From: an uncultured Planctomycetia bacterium
Lineage (GTDB): Bacteria; Omnitrophota; Gorgyraeia; Tantalellales; Tantalellaceae
Direction of reading: 5' to 3'
Length of the DNA stretch: 64,000 nucleotides
Assembly (NCBI GenBank): GCA_964409365.1
Contig: CAYPCX010000006.1
Coordinates: 21,012 to 85,011, forward strand
Part shown: positions 58,037 through 64,000 of the stretch, piece by piece
How positions within the stretch are numbered: position 1 is the first letter of the stretch
How the letters are laid out: every line of letters begins with the position of its first letter
The notes under the pieces: generated by a model
What the model was told of the DNA's origin: nothing
The model's database searches: none
Seen by the model: the letters and a program-made list of their open reading frames with translations, nothing else
Translations under genes and position numbers: made by a program

Positions 58037-59248
58037 TTACTCGTATCTTATCGCTTCCACCGGGTCCAGCCGGGACGCCTTCCATGCCGGATAGATCCCC
58101 GCCGCCAGCGTGAGCAGCATCGCGACGGAGATTATCGCCGTAACGTCAGCCGTGCTGACATACACCGGTATCTCGCTGAAATAATATATATCGCTCGGGA
58201 ACATCGCTACTCCCGTCCACCGTTCCAGAAGGTCCGCTATGACGTTGACCCTGTGAGCCAGAAAGACCCCGCAGAACCCGCCGGCGGCTATCCCCAGAAG
58301 ACCTATGATGATCCCCTCCAGAAAGAACACGGCCCTTACCCCGAACGAATTGGCGCCGATGGCCTTGAGTATACCGATATCCCTCGTCTTCTCCATGACC
58401 ATCATGATCAGCGAACTTGATATATTGAAACAGGCCACCATGATTATCAGGGCCAGTATGATGAACATCATCTTTTTTTCCAGGGAAAGCGCCGTCACCA
58501 GATTGCGGTCGAGGTCCATCCAGCTCTTCACTATATAGGGATACCCCAGTATGACCTGCAGGCGCGCCTTCACCCCGGCGACCTCCATTTCATCCTTCAC
58601 TTTCAGGCCGATACCGGAAACGGTATCGCCGGAGCGGAAAAGCTCGCGCGCCGTATCTATCCCGACGATGGCTATGTTGGAATCGTAGTCGTATCTTCCC
58701 GAAGTAAAGCTGCCGATGACCTCGAGCTGGGCTTTCTCCATATCGAGGGCCGAGTACGGGAGCAGCAGTTCCACCTTGTCCCCTACCGATATCCTTTCGC
58801 TTTTCATCAGTTCGCTGCCGAGTACTATCGTTTTGCCTTTTAAGTCCTTGCCGGTCACCTGTGCGTATTCTATTACCCGGCTCACTTCCGATTCCTTTTC
58901 GGGATCTATCCCCTTAAGGAGGACCCCCGAGACGTTGTCGTCCGTCTTCAGGACGGCCTGGCCGGTAACAAAAGGGGTGGCGCTGACCACATCGGGCAGC
59001 GCTTCCATCCTCGCTATCAGTTCTTCGTGCCCGCTGATCCCGCCTTCCCTTATGATGACCGCGTGCGAATACGTGCCTATTATCTTGTCCTTCACTTCAC
59101 GATCGAACCCGTTCATTATCGACATCACGATGATGAGAGAAGCGACGCCGAGACCCACGCCGAGGACAGAGATCACCCCTACGAGGGATATCATCCCTTC
59201 TTTTCTCCTGGCCAGAAAATATCTCAAACTAAGGAATATCGTCCACAT
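58037..59248 (-). CDS. ABC transporter permease, FtsX/MacB-like (LolC/E-like)
   Basis: 403 aa. N-terminal TM, large periplasmic domain and C-terminal FtsX 3-TM bundle. Confidence 0.65.
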   Translation of the reverse strand: MWTIFLSLRYFLARRKEGMISLVGVISVLGVGLGVASLIIVMSIMNGFDREVKDKIIGTYSHAVIIREGGISGHEELIARMEALPDVVSATPFVTGQAVLKTDDNVSGVLLKGIDPEKESEVSRVIEYAQVTGKDLKGKTIVLGSELMKSERISVGDKVELLLPYSALDMEKAQLEVIGSFTSGRYDYDSNIAIVGIDTARELFRSGDTVSGIGLKVKDEMEVAGVKARLQVILGYPYIVKSWMDLDRNLVTALSLEKKMMFIILALIIMVACFNISSSLIMMVMEKTRDIGILKAIGANSFGVRAVFFLEGIIIGLLGIAAGGFCGVFLAHRVNVIADLLERWTGVAMFPSDIYYFSEIPVYVSTADVTAIISVAMLLTLAAGIYPAWKASRLDPVEAIRYE

Positions 59249-59343
59249 GTTTTTTCAGGTTTAACACTTCTTTTCAGAAGACAGAGGTCAGATGCCAGAA
59301 TTCTGTTTTCTGCTTTCTGTCTTCTGTTTTTCAAAACCACATA

Positions 59344-60774
59344 TTACTCGGGCCGCAGTTGAGGAAAGAGTATCACTTCCCTTATGCTCGCCGAATCGGT
59401 GAATATCATCGCGAGGCGGTCGATCCCTATCCCGAGGCCTCCTGCCGGGGGCATACCGTATTCGAGGGCGCGTACGAAATCCTCGTCGACCATCGCTTCC
59501 GGGTCGGCCTTTGCCTGTTCTTCGAACCTCTCACGCTGGTCGATCGGGTCGTTAAGTTCCGAATAGGCGTTCGCTATCTCCATCCCCCCGACATACAGCT
59601 CGAACCTGTCCACCAGTCCCGGCTTATCTTTTTTCGACTTCGCCAGGGGGCTGAGCTCCTTGAAGAAATCCACCACGAAGACCGGATGCGTCTCCGTCTC
59701 CGGCTCTACCAGCTCTCCCACGATATTTATGATCTGCGTCTTGCTTACCTTGTCGCCCTCTATCTCCACGCCTTTTTTCTTGAGCTTCGCGACCCACCCT
59801 TCCAGCGGTTCGTCTATCTCTATGCCGAAGTTCTTTTTCATCAGCTCCGCGAAAGACACCCTCTTGAACACGCTCAGGTCCACGTCCCTGCCCTGGTACT
59901 GGAATTTTTCCGTGCCGAGTATCTTCCTGGCGGCCGAACGGATAAGCTCTTCGGTAAGTTCCATCATGCCTTCACAGTCGGAGTATGCCTCGTATACCTC
60001 TATCATGGTGAACTCGGGGTTATGCCTCGTGGATATCCCCTCGTTCCTGAAAGAACGGTTTATCTCGTACACCTTTTCGAACCCGCCTACCAGGAGCTTC
60101 TTCAGATATATCTCGGGGGCTATCCTGAGATAGAGGTCCATGTCGAGCGTCTCGTGGTGCGTCTTGAAAGGTTTGCCTGCGGCGCCGCCCGGTATCGGGT
60201 GCATCATCGGCGTCTCCACCTCGAGGAATCCCTTGTCGTTGAGCGTCTCGCGCAGCGACTGTATCAGGTCTATGCGCGTCCTGAACTTCTCGCGCGCTTC
60301 GTCGTTCACGATCAGGTCCACGTACCTCTGGCGGTACCTTGTCTCCACGTCTTTAAGCCCGTGCCACTTTTCCGGCAGCGGTAGAAGCGACTTGGAAAGA
60401 AGCCGGTACTCCTTCACCTGGAGGGTATCTTCGCCCGTCTTCGTCCTGAAAAGCTCTCCGTCCGCTCCGATAATGTCGCCGATATCGAGCTTCTTCATGA
60501 CCTCAAAGGCCTTATCCCCTATGAGATCTTTTTTCATGTAAAGCTGTATCTTGCCGGTAAAGTCCTTGAGATCCATAAAAGCGCTCTTGCCGTGCTCTCT
60601 CATAGCCATTATCCTGCCGGCTACCCTGCATTCCTTGCCTTCGGAAAAATCATTCTTCACCGAACCTATGCTCTGGATACCCGTGAACTTTCCGCCGAAC
60701 GGGTCTATACCCGATTCCTTTATCGAATCCATGTTCTTGTATCGCTGCTCAATGAGATCGTTCTTCTCTTCCAT
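59344..60774 (-). CDS. lysS: lysyl-tRNA synthetase (class II)
   Basis: OB-fold anticodon domain and class II motifs. Start taken at MEEKNDLIEQRYKN (60774), which has a GGGGAGGAG SD. Confidence 0.9.
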   Translation of the reverse strand: MEEKNDLIEQRYKNMDSIKESGIDPFGGKFTGIQSIGSVKNDFSEGKECRVAGRIMAMREHGKSAFMDLKDFTGKIQLYMKKDLIGDKAFEVMKKLDIGDIIGADGELFRTKTGEDTLQVKEYRLLSKSLLPLPEKWHGLKDVETRYRQRYVDLIVNDEAREKFRTRIDLIQSLRETLNDKGFLEVETPMMHPIPGGAAGKPFKTHHETLDMDLYLRIAPEIYLKKLLVGGFEKVYEINRSFRNEGISTRHNPEFTMIEVYEAYSDCEGMMELTEELIRSAARKILGTEKFQYQGRDVDLSVFKRVSFAELMKKNFGIEIDEPLEGWVAKLKKKGVEIEGDKVSKTQIINIVGELVEPETETHPVFVVDFFKELSPLAKSKKDKPGLVDRFELYVGGMEIANAYSELNDPIDQRERFEEQAKADPEAMVDEDFVRALEYGMPPAGGLGIGIDRLAMIFTDSASIREVILFPQLRPE

Positions 60775-60852
60775 GCTGCTCCTCCCCGGAGACAAAAATA
60801 CCCGCCATATATTAGGGTAATTATAACCACTATAATTAAAAATTACCACACA

Positions 60853-60881
60853 ATTATAGCTTTATTAAAAATGGATGTCAA
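60853..60881 (-). promoter_or_regulatory. consensus sigma70 promoter for lysS: TTGACA-N17-TATAAT
   Basis: Minus-strand cgTTGACAtccatttttaataaagcTATAATtgtg, about 80 nt upstream of the lysS ATG in an AT-rich 240-bp spacer. Confidence 0.6.
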
Positions 60882-60979
60882 CGTAATTTGCGTTAGGAAG
60901 GACAAACACCCAGCCTATATATAGGTTTATACAGGTTTAGAGAGGTATAACAATGTTTATACATGTTCACCCATGTTAT

Positions 60980-61005
60980 ACATCGGGTGTGTACACACCC
61001 GATGT
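60980..61005. repeat. family-B palindromic hairpin (ACATCGGGTGTGT/ACACACCCGATGT) immediately after the ligA stop
   Basis: Same arms as 24626-24656, with centre gtgt/acac instead of gtat/atac (compensatory). Confidence 0.8.
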
Positions 61006-61014
61006 GTGTAAGGG

Positions 61015-63012
61015 TTATTTGAGGAGGGATTTGAACTCGGCTTCGGTGATGATCCTGATGCCTTTTTTCTTTGCCTGGTCGAGTTTTGATCCGGCTTTCT
61101 CCCCCGCCACGACAAGGTCGGTCGTCGCGCTTACGCTTGACTGGGCTTCGCCGCCTTCGGCTTCGACTATTTTTTTTGCTTCGGAGCGGCTTATGGTCTG
61201 GAGAGAACCGGTGAAGACGATCCTTTTCCCGAGGAGTTTTCCTTTTGTGGCCTTTTTCTTTTCGCGGACCTTTACGCCGTTTTTCTCTAACTTCCGGATC
61301 TCATCAACGTTCTTTTTCTGTTTGAAAAAATCGGTAATGCTCTCCGCTATCTCCGGCCCGATCTCGTTTATCGACATAAGGCTTTCCTGGTCGGCTGACA
61401 TTATTTTCCGCAGCGTACCGAATTTACCGGCAAGGAGGGTCGCTATGTGTTTGCCTACATTCCTTATCCCGAGACCGAAAAGAAAACGGTCGAGGGGAAT
61501 GTCTCTGGACCTTTCTATAGAATTCAAAAGGTTCTGCGTCTTCTTTTCTTTCCATCCCTCAAGCTTCAGGAGATCTTCCCCTTTAAGCTTATAAATATCG
61601 GAAATACTGCTTATCAAACCTTCTTCATAAAGAAGTTCGACCGACTTGTCGGAAAAACCGTCTATATCCACCGCTCCCTTGCTGGCGTAATGGCTGATCG
61701 CCTCTTTAAGCTGTGCCGGGCAGGCAAGTCCCGCGGGACAGCGGTAGAACACGTCTTCCTTCTCCAGGGTAGCGCCGCAGCTCGGACACTTCTTCGGCAT
61801 GTGGAACGCTTTTTCCCTACCGGTACGCCTATGGCTGATGACCTCGACCACCTCGGGGATAACGTCGCCCGCCCTCTGGACCTTGACATGATCCCCGACT
61901 TTCACGCCGAGGCGTTCTATCTGGTCCATGTTATGGAGCGAAGCGCGCGATACCGTGACCCCGCCTACCTCTACCGGCTGGAGGAGCGCGACGGGCGTGA
62001 TGGCACCGGTCCTTCCTACCTGTACGACGATATCCTCCACGCGCGTTACCTCTTTGCGCGGTTCGAACTTATAGGCGACGGCCCATTTAGGGTTATTGGT
62101 CCTCATGCCTATTCTTTCCTGGAGGGAAAGATCATTTACCTTGATCACGACGCCATCTATCTCATAATCCAGGTCATCGCGTTTTTTCTCGAGGTTACTG
62201 TGATAGGATACGGCCTCTTTTATATTCCTGCAGTGTTTAGCACCCGGCGATACCTGTATGCCAAGGCCTTCGATAAGGCCAAGCGCCTCTTTTTGCGTGG
62301 CCGGCAGCTTCTCGGAATAATCGAGTATCCTGTAACAGTAGACATGGAGTTTTCTCTGGCCCGTTATCCGCCAGTCGAGCTGGCGCATGGAACCGGCGGC
62401 GGCGTTGCGCGGATTCGCGAAAGTATCCTTACCGAGTTCCGTCTGTCTTTTGTTCAGCGCATTGAAATCCTTGATGTGCATCATCACCTCGCCGCGAAGG
62501 GCGATGCGCCCGGGCGGTTTCGCGCACTTGAGCTTCTTCGGGAGAGTGACGATCGTCTTGAGGTTCAGTGTTACGTCTTCGCCCACCAGACCGTCACCCC
62601 GGGTGGAGCCTCTCACGAATTTTCCGTCCTCGTAGACCAGTTCTATGCTCAGGCCGTCAAGTTTCGGCTCGCACACGTAGTCGATGCTTTCGCCGGTCTC
62701 TTTTCGGCATGTCTCGTCAAAATGCTCGGCGCCCTTTTCATCGTTCACGCTTTCCAGGCTGAGCATCGGCGCCATATGCTTCACCTTTACGAACTTATCA
62801 GGGATAGGCGCCCCCACCGTCTGCGTCGGGGAATCGGGTGAGATATATTCCGGGTGCTTGGCTTCAAGACCCTTAAGCTCCTGCATAAGCCGGTCATATT
62901 TGGCGTCCGATATCACCGGCTTGCCTTCCGTGTAGTAGAGCCTGTTGTGCCGCCTGATGTTCTTCCTGAGTTTGTTTATCTTTCTTTTCACATCTTCCAT
63001 ATTTACCTTCAC
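61015..63012 (-). CDS. ligA: NAD-dependent DNA ligase
   Basis: KxDG adenylation motif (EPKLDGLSI), OB, Zn finger, HhH and C-terminal BRCT. Track start is a GTG at 63012. An alternative ATG lies at 63000. Confidence 0.9.
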   Translation of the reverse strand: MKVNMEDVKRKINKLRKNIRRHNRLYYTEGKPVISDAKYDRLMQELKGLEAKHPEYISPDSPTQTVGAPIPDKFVKVKHMAPMLSLESVNDEKGAEHFDETCRKETGESIDYVCEPKLDGLSIELVYEDGKFVRGSTRGDGLVGEDVTLNLKTIVTLPKKLKCAKPPGRIALRGEVMMHIKDFNALNKRQTELGKDTFANPRNAAAGSMRQLDWRITGQRKLHVYCYRILDYSEKLPATQKEALGLIEGLGIQVSPGAKHCRNIKEAVSYHSNLEKKRDDLDYEIDGVVIKVNDLSLQERIGMRTNNPKWAVAYKFEPRKEVTRVEDIVVQVGRTGAITPVALLQPVEVGGVTVSRASLHNMDQIERLGVKVGDHVKVQRAGDVIPEVVEVISHRRTGREKAFHMPKKCPSCGATLEKEDVFYRCPAGLACPAQLKEAISHYASKGAVDIDGFSDKSVELLYEEGLISSISDIYKLKGEDLLKLEGWKEKKTQNLLNSIERSRDIPLDRFLFGLGIRNVGKHIATLLAGKFGTLRKIMSADQESLMSINEIGPEIAESITDFFKQKKNVDEIRKLEKNGVKVREKKKATKGKLLGKRIVFTGSLQTISRSEAKKIVEAEGGEAQSSVSATTDLVVAGEKAGSKLDQAKKKGIRIITEAEFKSLLK

Positions 63013-63024
63013 ACAAAAATAAAA

Positions 63025-63092
63025 ATATATTCTGGGGACACATCTGGTTGTCTACATGTCGTTTACACAGATGTGTCCCCAGAACCTCAGTT
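63025..63092. repeat. family-A hairpin element, single copy, PolX/ligA junction
   Basis: atatatTCTGGGGACACATCTG-gttgtctacatgtcgtttaca-CAGATGTGTCCCCAGAacctcagtt. The stem carries the paired change CG to TA relative to loci 2 and 3. Confidence 0.85.
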
Positions 63093-63098
63093 TCCGTT

Positions 63099-64000
63099 TC
63101 ATCGCTTCAGCGCTTTCACCAGTTTTTCATACGTGAACGTATTAAGTACGTCGTTTTTCTCCACCCAGCCCCTTCTGGCCGTTATGACGCCGTACTTCAT
63201 CTCGCCAAGCTGCGCCACTTCATGCGCGTCAGTATTTATAACGAACTTCGCGCCCATCTCTTTTGCCATCCTGCAATGAATGTCGTTCAGGTCTATCCTC
63301 TCTCCATGCGTGTTGACCTCGAGGTAGATATTCCGTTCAACGGCGGCCTCGAATATCTTCTCGAAATCGGCGAAGATCGAGCTCCGGCTGGAAATAAGCC
63401 GCGCGGAAGGATGCGCGAGCGCGTGAACGTATTTATTATCAAAGGCCCTCAGAATGCGCTCGGTCTGCCTTTCCCTGTTAAGAGAAAAATTAGAATGGAT
63501 GGATGCTATCACTATATCAAGTTCTTTCAAAACGGAATCCCTGATGTCCAGTTTCCCTTTCGCGAGAATATCCACCTCGACCCCGGCGAGGACCTTTATG
63601 CCTCTGGTCTTTTTTGCCGTTTTTCTTACTTTTTCCACGTGCCTCATGAGCTGTCTTTCATCCAGGCCATGAGCCACACGGACGTTCTTGGAATGTTCCG
63701 TTATAGCGATATACTGGTATCCCTTCTTTCTCGCGGCCTCGATAAGCTCTTCAACAGTAGCGCGTCCGTCAGTAGCCGTCGTGTGGAGGTGGAGATCCCC
63801 CTTGATATCCTTCAATTGAAGAAGGTTCTTAGGCAACTTGCCTTTCATCGCGGCCTCGACCTCGCCCTGCGCCTCGCGCAGTTCCGGCGGCGGCGGGTCC
63901 ATGCCGAGCTTCCGGTAAACCTCTTCTTCTGTCTTGCCCGCAACGAACCTTTCTTTCCCCTTGCCCACGGAAAAGACACCGTATTCGCTCACCTTGTAAC
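63099..64000 (-). CDS. DNA polymerase X family protein, C-terminal PHP domain (5'-partial; N-terminus beyond window end)
   Basis: EEEVYRKLGMDPPPPELREAQGEVEAA linker followed by PHP metal-binding motifs (HLHTTATDG...). The reading frame is open to the window edge. Confidence 0.7.
   Translation of the reverse strand, partial: YKVSEYGVFSVGKGKERFVAGKTEEEVYRKLGMDPPPPELREAQGEVEAAMKGKLPKNLLQLKDIKGDLHLHTTATDGRATVEELIEAARKKGYQYIAITEHSKNVRVAHGLDERQLMRHVEKVRKTAKKTRGIKVLAGVEVDILAKGKLDIRDSVLKELDIVIASIHSNFSLNRERQTERILRAFDNKYVHALAHPSARLISSRSSIFADFEKIFEAAVERNIYLEVNTHGERIDLNDIHCRMAKEMGAKFVINTDAHEVAQLGEMKYGVITARRGWVEKNDVLNTFTYEKLVKALKR

Noticed and set aside
60980-61005. Family-B palindromes as intrinsic terminators
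   Set aside because: No U-tract follows either copy in either orientation. They are recurrent and covarying, so they are treated as a repeat family rather than terminators.

Overview
This 64 kb window is a dense, bacterial housekeeping region in which every credible gene (about 60) is on the minus strand. The plus-strand ORFs in the supplied track are antisense shadows or translations of repeats. Gene content, in transcription order (high to low coordinate): PolX (partial), ligA, lysS, lolCD-like ABC, ilvE, mcsA-mcsB-clpC, a 504-aa exported hypothetical gene translationally coupled to mlaE-mlaF-mlaD, yacL-like PIN/TRAM, ispD-ispF-cysE, cysS, tmk, holB, ricT/PSP1, metG, ogt, a TatD-radical-SAM fusion, a CPBP protease, mtnA-like, thiL, tsaE, tsaB, alr, a four-helix-bundle protein, ilvB-ilvN-ilvC-leuA, aroE-pilD-aroC-aroK, a PAS/HD-GYP protein, dprA-topA-xerC, then a large LPS block (waaA, lpxK, an LpxL-ELM1-like fusion, a GT4-GT9 fusion, GT4, three GT9 heptosyltransferases, a macro-domain protein, trxA, a heptose-7-P kinase, kdsB-kdsA-kdsD-kdsC) running straight into queD-queC-queE (partial). 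The organism therefore makes LPS but has Firmicutes-type gene order (lysS...mcsAB-clpC...yacL-ispDF-cysES; tmk-holB-ricT...metG-tatD; dprA-topA-xerC). The most unusual content is non-coding: (i) a family of about 68-nt conserved hairpin elements (TCTGGGGACA...TGTCCCCAGA) at four gene junctions, with compensatory stem changes and 1-3 tandem 49-bp modules; (ii) a second hairpin family (ACATCGGGTGT) with covariation at two junctions; (iii) a 78-bp inverted-repeat pair bracketing cysE-ispF-ispD; and (iv) a pervasive 7-bp periodic structure in which essentially every intergenic spacer longer than about 30 bp is a drifting tandem array of heptamers, often arranged as purine-rich and pyrimidine-rich halves that can pair. 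No rRNA, tRNA, CRISPR array or recognisable transposase was found.
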